Shown here: positions 13,623 to 24,550 of the stretch, piece by piece
How positions within the stretch are numbered: position 1 is the first letter of the stretch
Layout of the letters: the number at the start of each line of letters is the position of its first letter
Assembly (NCBI RefSeq): GCF_009914755.1
Contig: NC_060925.1
Source of the DNA: the human T2T-CHM13v2.0 reference genome, Homo sapiens
Length of the DNA stretch: 64,000 nt
Direction: 5' to 3' (one strand)
Position numbers and translations under genes: made by a program
Notes under the pieces: generated by a model
Told to the model about the DNA's origin: nothing
The model's database searches: none
What the model saw: only the letters and a program-made list of their open reading frames with translations

Positions 13623-14296
13623 TTTAATTTAATAGTAGCCTTTCTGACTGGTGTGAGATGGTATCTCATTTTGGTTTTCATTTGCATTTCCCTAATACTT
13701 ACTGATATTGAGCTTTTCTTCATATACTTGTTGGCTGTGTGTATGTCTTCTTTTGAGAAATGTCTGTTCATGCCCTTTGCTCATTTTTTTAATGGGGTTG
13801 GTTCTGCTTGTTAATTTGTTTGAGTTGCTTATAGATTCTGGATATTAGACATTTGTCAGATGCATAGTTTGTAAATATCTTCTCCCATTCTATAGGTTGT
13901 CTGTTTTCTCTGTTGACACTTCCCAATTTTAGAGGTTTTTTCATAATTGCTTTTGTCTTCATCATGACGTCTCTGCCTGAGCTGATGTCCAGAATGGTAT
14001 TTCCTAGATTTTCTTCTAAGGTATTTATAGTGAGAGGTTTTACATTTAAATCTTTAATCCATCTTGAGTTGATTTTTGTATACAGTGAAAGGTAGGAGTT
14101 CCCTTTCAATCCTGCATATGGCTTAGTCAGTTATCCCAGCAGCATTTATTGAATAGGGTGTCCTTTCCCCATTGCTTTTTTTTGTCACCTTTGTTGAAAA
14201 TCAGATGGTTGTAGGTGTGCAGCTTTATTTCTGGGTTCTCTCACCTGTTCCATTGCTTTATGTGTCTGGTTTTGTTCCAATACCATGCTGTTTTGA
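13525..14296 (-). mobile_element. Older L1PA (PA13-16-like) ORF2 3' fragment with internal deletion
   Basis: ORFs 13532-13771 and 13789-14109 translate as L1 ORF2 ([10 protein letters not shown]..., [13 protein letters not shown]...). Confidence 0.9.
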
Positions 14297-14359
14297 ATGT
14301 TATTGAGATTCTGCAGTTATTTGTTACATAGTATTCTTGTGGCAATAATTAACTGATGC

Positions 14360-14450
14360 AGGGTGGTAAGGAGAAATTCATTAGCTCAGGTGAAATGCTC
14401 AGAACAGTGCCTAGCACACTGTATGTGTCCAGTAAGTATTAAGTAATTAT
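14360..14450 (+). mobile_element. MIR 3' fragment
   Basis: gctcagaacagtgcctagcacactgtatgtgtccagtaagtatt. Confidence 0.6.
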
Positions 14451-14584
14451 TTAGTTATTTGCATTTGCACTTTTAGAATTCTAAGAACTGTGTTTTGCAA
14501 AGGAAAGTTTAATAAATATCTATAAGCATATTGACTAACTTGGCATAAAGTACTAGGCATTTTATTCTAATTTTTTCAATCATA

Positions 14585-17090
14585 AGATGAGGTTGCAGTG
14601 TACAAAACCAATAGACAAAAATAAGTAGCATTTTTATACATAAATAATGACCTAACTGTAAAATAAATCAAGAAAACAGTCCTATTAACAATAGCTTAAA
14701 AAAAACCCTAGGAATAAATTTAACCAAGGAAGTGAAATACCTGCACACTGAAAACTATAAAACATTGATGAAAGACATAGAAGAAGAAATATATAAATGG
14801 AAAGATATCCCTTGCCAATGTATCAAAAAATTAGTGTTGTTAAAATGTCAATACTATGCAAAATATCTGCAGATTCAATGGAATACCCATCAAAATCCCA
14901 ATGGCATTTATAACAGAAATAGAAAAAAATCCTAAAATTTGCATAGAACCGTAAAAGACTCCAAGTAGCCAAAACAATTCCAAGAAGAAAGAAAAGGTTG
15001 GAGGCATCACACTTACTGATTTAAAATTATATTACAAAGACATAGTATTCAAAACAGTATTTTACTGGCACAAAATAGAAACAGTCCAGTGGAAAAGAAT
15101 GAAGAGTCAAGAAACAAATCTAAACCTAGATAGTTAACTAATTATTGAGAAAGGCACAAAAAGGATATAAAGTGAACGAAACTGTACTCTTATATCATGC
15201 ACAAATATCAATTCAAAACGGATAAAAGACCCAAACATAAAACCAAAAACTATAACATTCATAAAAGAGAATGCATGGGAAAAACTTCTGGGCATTGGCC
15301 ATGGAAGTGATATTTAAAAAAAAAAATACCAAAATCTCAGGCCACAAAAGCAAAAATAAATAAATAGAATTACAAAAACTAAAAATCTTCTGCATAGTAA
15401 AGGAAACAATCAACAAAATGAAACAGAGGTATGGATTGGGAAAAGCTATTTATAAACAATATATCTGATAAGGGGTTAATATTCAAAATTTATGAAGAAC
15501 TCATACAATTCAATAGTGAAAAAAATCACCCAATTAAAAAATGAGCAAATTTCCCGAACAGACATTTCTCCGAATAAGACGTAAATATGGCCAAAAGATA
15601 TATGAAAAAGTGCTCATCATTAATCATGACGGAAATACTAATCAAAACTACTATGAGATACCACCTCAACCCCATTAGAATGGCCACTAACAAAATGTTA
15701 TAAGAGCCCTAGGGTTTAAAACTGTCTCAGGGAGGCTCTGCTTTGTTTTCTGTTACAGATTCTGACTTCCTCCTCTGGATCCTTGCAGCAGTTAGTTTGG
15801 GATTTTTTTTTCTATAGCTTCCTCCTCACAGCTGTTTCTTTGAGCAAAATGGTGACTGTGGTGCTGATGGTGCACCATGTCTGATGGGAATACCTTCAGT
15901 GGTATCAACCGGCGAAATGATGGTGTTGACTGTAGTGTTCTTGAGACGAAGCAATAAATGAAGAGGAGGAAGGACAGTGGTAAAGAACACACTAGAACCA
16001 TAGGCATTGGCCTTTAAGGTTTTAGAATGACTGATATTTTAGATGAGTTTATTTGACATTGAATGTCCATGGGCTTCTGAGCAGGGTTTCAGTTTGATTA
16101 ACAGTTGCAACAACATGGGGCAGCTGTTTTGCTCTTTATCTTCAACTGTACTTCAGATAATAACCCTGAAGCACAAGATAAGGTTGGGCAGAATGCTGCT
16201 AGAGAGGACAACCTGGATGGTCTTTATTCTCTTCAATTGTCCCTCTACATCATCTGGAAGTCATCTCTTGGTGTCACTCTTGCACTTTCTTTGTCCATGC
16301 TATAGCTGCTCACACCTAGTGAGTGTGTGGAGAAGAGGGAATACGTATACTCTTGGGGTGGGAATGTAGACTGGTATAGCCATTATGAAAAACACTATGG
16401 AATGTTCTAAAAATAAACAAGCAAACATAGAACCACCATATGATGCAGAAATCTCACTTTGAGGCATATACCCACCCTACTCCCCAAAATGAAATCACCA
16501 TCTCATAAAGATAACTGCATTAACATGTTCATTCCAGCATAATTCACAATAGCCTAGAGAGGGAAGCAACCTAGGCGTCTGTGGATAGATGAATGGGTAA
16601 AGAATGTGTAAAAGAAAGAGATCTTGCCATTTGTCACAAGATGGATGAACCCAGAGGACATTATGCTAAGGGAAATAAGCCAAACACTGAGGGAAAAATA
16701 GAGCATGATATCACTTATATGTGGAGTCTTAAAAAATTCAAATATACAAAGAGAATGAAACAGCAGTTACCAGAGGTTGGGAGAAGGACAGAGGGGAGAA
16801 AATAAAATGGAGAGGTGTATCTCAGAGGATACAAAGTAGCAGATGTGTAGAATGAACAAGTCTAGAGATGTAATGTACAATATGCGGACCAGAGGTAATA
16901 AAATTTCACTGTATGTGGAATTCATACTAATTTAATAGAGGTTTTGCTGTCATTGCTACAAAAGCAAATACAAAAAATGGGTAATTGTGTGACATAATGG
17001 ATATATTAACTTGCTTTAGTATAGTAAGCTTATTACTATCTATATGTATCCCATAATATCCTGTTGTATACCTTAAATATACACAATTTG
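14585..17090 (+). mobile_element. L1MA6/7-like 3' ~1.9 kb (ORF2 C-terminus and 3'UTR), interrupted by the CTLA4-derived insert
   Basis: ORF 14732 (YLHTENYKTLMKDIEE..KWKDIPC) is ORF2; 3'UTR ggatacaaagtagcagatgtgtagaatgaacaagtctagag; L1 breaks at ~15699 and resumes at ~16318. Confidence 0.88.
15700..16317 (+). pseudogene. CTLA4: Unprocessed CTLA4 gene fragment: intron 2 end, exon 3 (transmembrane, 15759-15851), intron 3 start
   Basis: 15758-15851 reads [31 protein letters not shown] vs CTLA4 [31 protein letters not shown]. Preceded by the acceptor ctgctttgttttctgttacag and followed by gtgactgtggtgctgatggtgcaccatgtctgatggg (CTLA4 intron 3 as remembered). Carries a 1-nt frameshift and an 18-nt deletion. 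A displaced copy, not the functional locus. Confidence 0.92.
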
Positions 17091-17112
17091 TCTTTTTAAA
17101 ATGTTCAGGTTA

Positions 17113-17457
<345 letters not shown>

Positions 17458-17649
17458 TTAGTAAAAAAATGCATTCCTAATGAAGCAACTTCCCAAGGAA
17501 GTATATACCCAAATAAATAATAAGTGTACTACACAGTTCTTAAACCTGGCTTTATAAGGTCTAAATTGAAAGACATTTTGAAATAACAATTATATAATTA
17601 TAATTGTGTTATATATGATGAAATTAAAATTTTATAATTGTATTGACTG

Positions 17650-17742
17650 ATATATATGAGTATCTGTGTGTGCGTGTGTATATATATATATATATATATG
17701 TTTGTATGTGTATATGTGTGTGTGTACATATATACATATATA
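17650..17742. repeat. Compound (TA)n/(TG)n microsatellite
   Basis: Seen directly. Confidence 0.9.
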
Positions 17743-18043
17743 GTTAATAAAAGGAAAGGACCCATCCCACAGGTTTGCTTTTTAGCAAGTTCTATTTGTG
17801 ACACTTCATATTTTCCTTAAAATGAAAACAAAAAAGTTTCACATAATATCATACAGAATGAAATTCACACATGCAAGGGTGACATGAAGAAGTCATTCAT
17901 CTAAGTACCAAAACTAAGACTAAAATCTAGATCTCTTGTCTCCTTATTCAGTATTACTGGCATAATGATTTTAATGGTAAGCCCCTCTCCTCCAGTACAT
18001 TGACTTAATGAGACTGAAAAGAGAAGTATGCTTATTAAAGCAC

Positions 18044-18496
18044 TGCATGGTGCTGGGAAAAGTGGACCACTGAAACCTCTCTTTAAGAGACCCTACTTCA
18101 GGGAGCATAGCTGACTGTCAGCCTCCAGTTGTGCACTTTCACATCCAACACAGTATCTTTGCCAAGGCCGGACTTTCCCAGGCTTCTTTAAGTGATTGAG
18201 CATAGGGGTACTAGAACTGAGACATTTCTTATTGTTTGGGGTTTCTTCTGATCTTTGCTCAAGAACTTCCTATCAGCCAGGCAAAGACTGCCTAAGAACT
18301 ATACTGCATTTTGAAGGTTTTCTTCAATCCTCCTTCCTCTGTCTCTCCTTCCACAGACATCAGATGAGTATAAGTGCCTAAAGTCTCTTCCTGTCTGTTC
18401 TGCTCCATCCCTTTCATCTTTCTTGTTTCCCCTATAAATACTGTAATCAAATTCTATATTGATAACTGCTTCTTGGAAAATCTAAACTGAAACACT
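18044..18496 (+). mobile_element. LTR16-like ERVL solo LTR
   Basis: gggagcatagctgactgtcagcctccag...; ends ctgcttcttggaaaatctaaactgaaaca. Confidence 0.7.
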
Positions 18497-18509
18497 ATAA
18501 ACAAATGAT

Positions 18510-18870
18510 TTAAAAGTCTGCTGATCATCAACTGTGACTATCTAATGCCAGGTGTTGAGGATATTACTATACATAAGAAAAACTTCCCTAACTTGAAGAG
18601 CTCAATATTTAGTATTGGTAATTGTTGTTTGTATTACCTTCAGTACAATTTGCTAAATCCTGTAATCCAGAGGTCTACAAAATGTATAAGAACTTGAGAG
18701 GATGTTATTTCTTCTGCTGGAGGAGCTATAAAAGATTTCACAAATGAGCTGACATTTGAGATTGGCCTTCAAGTATGAGTAATATTTTTTTAATGGAAAA
18801 TACTGATGGGAAAGCAGGTTGGAAGAGAGCATTCCAAACAGAAAGATTAGCATGAATATAGACAAAGCTG
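18510..18870 (-). mobile_element. L2 fragment
   Basis: gagctgacatttgagattggccttcaagtatgagta...gcattccaaacagaaagattagcatg. Confidence 0.6.
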
Positions 18871-19644
18871 CTTGAATATAAATGACATGTTAAAGGCAAA
18901 TCCAACAAGTTTAACTTATTGTAGAACTGTAATTGAACAGCCGTATATAAGATGTTTCCAAGGGCACATCATAGTTTTTCTTAGTTGTCTTGACAGATAA
19001 ATGTACCTTCTCTGCAGAATCCCAGACTTTATGGGAAAGGGAAGTTTGGGGACTGTTGTTAGAAGGAGCTTTGAGGGAAAGTCAGAGTTTTATATGCCAT
19101 ATGCAAGAATAAAAGAAACAGAGAGTAAGTTTAGCATAGTGATTCTTCTCTGTGCTCAGTGAAGTCAGTAGCAACAACAGCAACATTACTGGCAACAAAG
19201 AGGGTGTTCAGACTGCAGAACGCAGAAGATATTTGCAAGTAGGCAGCAGAAAGACATTTCGCAAAGGAGGTACCAAATAAGGTAGCTAGAGAGAAAGTTG
19301 GCAGAATCAAAGGAAAAATGTGCAAGAGCTTTTCACAGGAAAAAACAAAGAATAAGCTCCATGAACTAAGAGAGAGTATAATGAATTATAGCTCTGAAAA
19401 GGAAATCACACATGAGAGAACAGTAAGTGGTTGGGGCCAGAGTAAATGAGCAGAGGGTTAGTAAGCTTCATGCAATACACTAAGAATGACAGAAGAAGAT
19501 GATTAGATAAAAAACATGTTAGTTGTGTACAATTCACTCAAAATTTTAGGTCCATAATATTATAGTTTTATCAGGCTAACTTCAGCACGTATCCTGAAAT
19601 GTTTGGTTGATACTTATGAACCATCCGGTCATAGTACTACCTAC

Positions 19645-20030
19645 TGAATCCAAGTTCCAGCTCTGAATTCCTGCTGAATTACTTATTAGTTTGTCAATCC
19701 TGGCAATTATTTACACTTTCTATGTGGTAGTTTCCTAACCTCTACAGGTGGATAAAAACAATGCTTACTTTATAGGGTTATTCTAAGGATTAAATGAGAG
19801 AACATGAAAAAGTGTTTTAGCTCAGATATAGCATATAGGACATTCTCAACAAATGTTAGCTATTATTAATAGTTTAATTATCACTAGTAAGTTACCAAAA
19901 CTCTATAAACCTCAAACATCTTATTTTTAAAGCCAGGATAAACAACACTATTTTCATGCTGTAAAGATGAGAGACAATGAGCATAAAGCAATTGGCCTGG
20001 CACCTGGAACATGGCAGGTTATCCATACAT
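19645..20030 (+). mobile_element. Two MIR fragments
   Basis: ttatagggttattctaaggattaaatgag...caacaaatgttagctattatt, then a second partial copy ending cctggcacctggaacatggcagg. Confidence 0.65.
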
Positions 20031-22599
20031 GCTTTTCTTCTTTCTTCTAATCCCTCACTCTTCCTTCTTCTTCCTCAATTATTGCTATTATTATTATCAT
20101 TATTATTTTGTAACTAGATTAATCTTATATATGCAATTATTAAAGAAGAGACCATAATTTGAATAGTGTTTAGAATAAGAGCAATTAAATTATGCAGTCT
20201 TTCTGTTAGTTATATTTCCCTTTGCTCTAAAGAACTGTGAGTAAAGTGAAGACTGTGCATAATAGTTCAACAAAATATGACATAATCCAAGAGCTGAACT
20301 CTCCAAACAATCCATTAAATATGAATACACCTCTTGTGACTGACTTCATAAACTTAGCAATTCCTTGTGCAGAGTCTGAAAATTGAGAAACAATAAGGGC
20401 TGCCTTTTCCCAGGAGAGCTGTAGAATGGCTGAGCGATAATGCTGAGAAAAAAGCTACACAAATGGAAATGGAATTCATTGAGATGTTACCATGCATTAA
20501 ATAGGGTTTTCTACCATTAAAATTATATTTACTACTTGAGGTCACCAACATGGGGGAGCGACTAGATGAAAAACATTAAAATACATCTAATATTTTATTA
20601 CATCAGAACCTGAGTTGAAAAGCAGTGTCTTGTGGAAATTGTTCTCAAGTTACTGTTTGGATGTTTAAGATGTTGCTCAGGTCTATAACAAATGTAGAGG
20701 TGCCAAACATCCACATTTATGTTAAGTTGTCCCGCACCCAATGCAAATAAGATGGTATATAAAACCTTTGTATCACTGGTCAACTTAAAGGCTACACAAA
20801 TACTATATTCACCCATATAGGGGAAAATACAAATGCTCTATTTTGGCATTGCATGTCTTTATTCTTTAGATGTAATTTACTGTGAAATATAGAAAATATT
20901 ATAAAATGAGTTTCCAGATTTAAAAATCTAGTAAACACTAGTTTCAGCTTTCAAGATCATCAAAGTAGTTAGCTATTACTCATTCTGTAATTTGTCAACC
21001 CTCAAATTTGTAAAGGAAATAGATCTTTCTCTCTAGTAGTAGCCACTCTTGTTCATATGTAACTTGGAAAATATCATGTAACAAAGTTTACATCATTTGC
21101 CACCTGTTGATTTGTCCCAGTCAGCTGAAATTTAACATGCCATTTGCCAACTTCCAACATGATTTGTAAAACATTAACTATAATCAAGTTTTCTACAAGT
21201 TTTACTCTGTTCATAATTTCTTAATATCCATAGTCTACTTCCCACTCATTCTGTTTTCTTCCCTACTCAATCTAAGTGGATCTCATTAGAGAGTTTATAT
21301 CTTTAATTATGATGCATCTTGGACATTGCATTAAGTCATGACTAAAGTAATGCATACCATAAGCCATTCAAGAGGGGCAGCCCCAGGAGAAAAGAGGACT
21401 GGGCCAGATGATATGGTACCAATGCTAAAGTCTCAGTTTAACTACTTACTAGATATAAAACAGAAAAGCTGACATAACTTCATAATTCTAATAGGCCTTA
21501 AGATACTATCCAGACTATTCTACCTCATTATATAAGCTCAATAAAATCAGAAAGCTAATCACTATTAAAATCTGGTCTCAATCTGAGGCTTCCCAATTCT
21601 CAATGTATTAATGTTAGAATTTCATTGCGTTCTGTGTTAAGAATCTACTGCTTCTTTTAAAACAGGAATGATAAATTCTCATAGAGTACTTTGAGAATTC
21701 AATGAGGTAAAACATTTAGAAGAACTCTGAAAACTGTAATTTTTCTGCAAAAGATTATCATCAGTCTTCTGACAGGATACTCCATGGTATGCTTTGTGGG
21801 ATCTTCATTCACCACTAGAGGGAAGTGATATCCATATTGTTACTTTTCTCTCCCTTGAAAGTCAAATGCTTGCTAATTTTTCTCTTCAAAAGGGGGAAAA
21901 CACCTTGGTCAATTTTCTTTTTTTCCTTTGCTTCAAAGACAATCTTTTAGGATGTCAACATTTTAGGTGGCCAATCTCAAAATGGGCTGATAATGTACTT
22001 TCTCCTTTTATCAGAGAAGGGATGCTATGCTTTCTAGTGCTTTTCTCTTTAGCTGGAAGAGACTTTTCTTTATTTAGGGTTTATCTTCATTCTTAGCAAG
22101 TTACCAGTTGATATTTCTTCCCTCTATAAAGCTCAGCCTTTAATATCAAAATTTCTTAAACTTCAAAAGTTTATCAGTAAACTTCATATTTTTTTCGCCA
22201 CATTTCTGTTTAATTTGTATTAGACTTTTTTCCTAGAAAATATTTATTGAAACAACATAGAAAATATCCTAACACAGTATTCAAAATATGTTTAGTATTA
22301 AATATTTAATCTCAATTCTTAATTTATTTGATCAATTAAACCAAGAATTTAGCATCAGAGCATCTTTGAATGCTACTCATAACAGATCACTGAAAATTCA
22401 AACTAATCTATTTTGCTGTTTTCCTGGGCTCAGCCTATAAGACTTTGAGTTGCTCTACTTTCTTTTTCTTTTGTATTGAATGCCCAGGACCAAAACAAAC
22501 AAACAAACTACTCTAAACCTTAAAAATATTTCTTTCTAAACATGCCATGTTGAAACAGACAATCCAAACCTGGTATATTTTTTAGGTATAACATTAATA

Positions 22600-22820
22600 A
22601 TAATAATAATAGCAGCTATCATGTCCTGGACCACAGGCCAAGAAGAGTCCTATATTGATGCATGATCTTTATTGATCTTCACCACAACCCCGTTAGGTTA
22701 GGCACTGTTTTTATCCTTTTTTGAAGGATACGTAACTGAGACTTAAAGAAATTCAGTGGTAGTAGAGCCACTATTCAAATTCAGGCATGTCTGGCTCTAG
22801 CACACAATCTTAATTACTAT
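22600..22820 (-). mobile_element. MIR
   Basis: atcttcaccacaaccccgttaggt...aactgagactta...ttcaaattcaggcatgtctggctctag. Confidence 0.7.
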
Positions 22821-24299
22821 GATACACTTTCTTAACTTACATGTATGATTCATGTAATGATCCTTCTCACCACTCTACTCCGGAGAATTTAATCAATGCA
22901 TAAGGAAGAGTTTAATACTCTCACCCATATTCAAATCATTCTAAGGATTAGAATAGTTTTGGTTCCTTAAGCTAAAGGAATGTTAAACTGATGTTAAATG
23001 CTGATCTCTTTACTCTCATGAGATGAATATAAAGGGACTCAACCTAGCAACTCTGTGCCATTCTCTAGTTGTAGCTGTGCTTGAAAATATCATAATTAAA
23101 TTTCAAAGCCAGAATATTTTTGAAAGATGAACCTTTCAAAAGGCTCAGTTTTATCAGTAAATTATAAACTTGTAGAGATCAAGAAGGTTGGGATTTTACC
23201 TAGAATTTATGAACATAAATTTTTCCTTTAATGTGCCTACCAATGACACTTCTTTTCAATCTTCGCATTCTGTGTATTTAATACTTTAGGTGCCTGCAGG
23301 TTAATTCACACTTGTAGAAATGGCACTGTTTAATTCTTTGCAACAGCTTATTAATTGGAAATAATTATACATATTCTTTTAGAGCCTATACTTTTAAAAA
23401 TGTGTTTTCTTCACAATGTTTGATTTAAAATCAACACTGACTTCTGTTGTATATCTCAGATAGTGCTTATAACCTTCTGCTTAAACAAGAAGAGTCCTTT
23501 ACAATTATTATTACTCATCCTAGGAGATATTTGTAAATTGTATACTGTTTGCAATTGGTACACAAAAATCTCAGGAGACAATTGTTAGCTGACATATTAA
23601 ATGGAATCATCTCCTTATCTGCTTCACAGTGTTATTAAATTTAGATTTAAAAACAATTCCCTGAGTTCTACACTACTACTGTTCTAATAAGAATTAAACA
23701 ATTATTATGATCTTATTTAAACAATAGTAAGGCCATCAAGTTAGGAAGGTCACTTCAATTTTGAATGACTTATAGCCAGCTCTGGATTGCAGATAAAAAC
23801 AAAACAAGAAAGGGATTAATTCTTAACCTTTACTCTTTCTTCAATATCTATTCTTATATCCATAAATATATGCCCATTAGGAAGAATCTTTTTCTTATCA
23901 TCTAATGTGAAAGTATATTGTATTTTGTAAAAGTAACGCATTTGCACATTCGCTTTCAATAGTTTGTCAACAGCCAGCTTGATGCCCACTGTCTCATTTT
24001 TTCACTGCAGGAAGACAGTCTCCCTATTCAAATGATAAATTGCACTTTTGGCACATAATAAAAATCTCTTATTTTATTTTCCTTTTAAATATGTAATTAC
24101 GTTTTTGAGCTATGTACTCATTCTTGGAATGTTCTCTCCCAAAAGCCAAACAATGTAGCAATTATTTTCTTACCTCTCTGTGAAACCTAATTTACTATGA
24201 AGTACAACTGATGTACTTGGAATTTCAGACTTCTTCTCACTTCTTCAAGTTTACTCATATTAATCTTATACTCTTTCCCACAAGAAGCTAGAAAATTTC

Positions 24300-24550
24300 A
24301 ATGTATCTTTCAAACCCAGCTCAGCTGAGTAGATGTCAAATGTTTGAAAACATCTTCTTGACTTTCCATGCTGTGGTACCTCTGTTCTGAGCTCCCAAAA
24401 TTGTGTTGTCTCTCCTCACTGTATATATGTCTTTCGTCCTTGATAAGGAACTCTTAAATGCTTGGATGCATTTTATTCGTATCTATATCTTGAGTGACTA
24501 GTACTATGGGAGTCCAAAGTAGGCCCTTAGAAATGTTGTTTGTTTAATGA
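24300..24550 (+). mobile_element. L2 3' end fragment
   Basis: ctttcaaacccagctcagctg...agtaggcccttagaaatgttgtttgtttaatga. Confidence 0.55.

Noticed and set aside
15792-16369. ORFs 15792-16007(-, His-rich), 16043-16369 and 16105-16305 as novel proteins or an endogenous viral gene
   Set aside because: They are antisense or intronic frames of the CTLA4-derived insert; no convincing similarity to bornavirus N or other proteins I recall.
19130-19430. Purine-rich stretch nearly open in one + frame, ending in gtaagt
   Set aside because: Contains a stop and no recognisable homologue; more likely a decayed ancient repeat.
20330-20800. Repeat-free block with an ATGCAAAT octamer as an enhancer
   Set aside because: Single short motifs are expected by chance in AT-rich DNA, and conservation cannot be assessed here.
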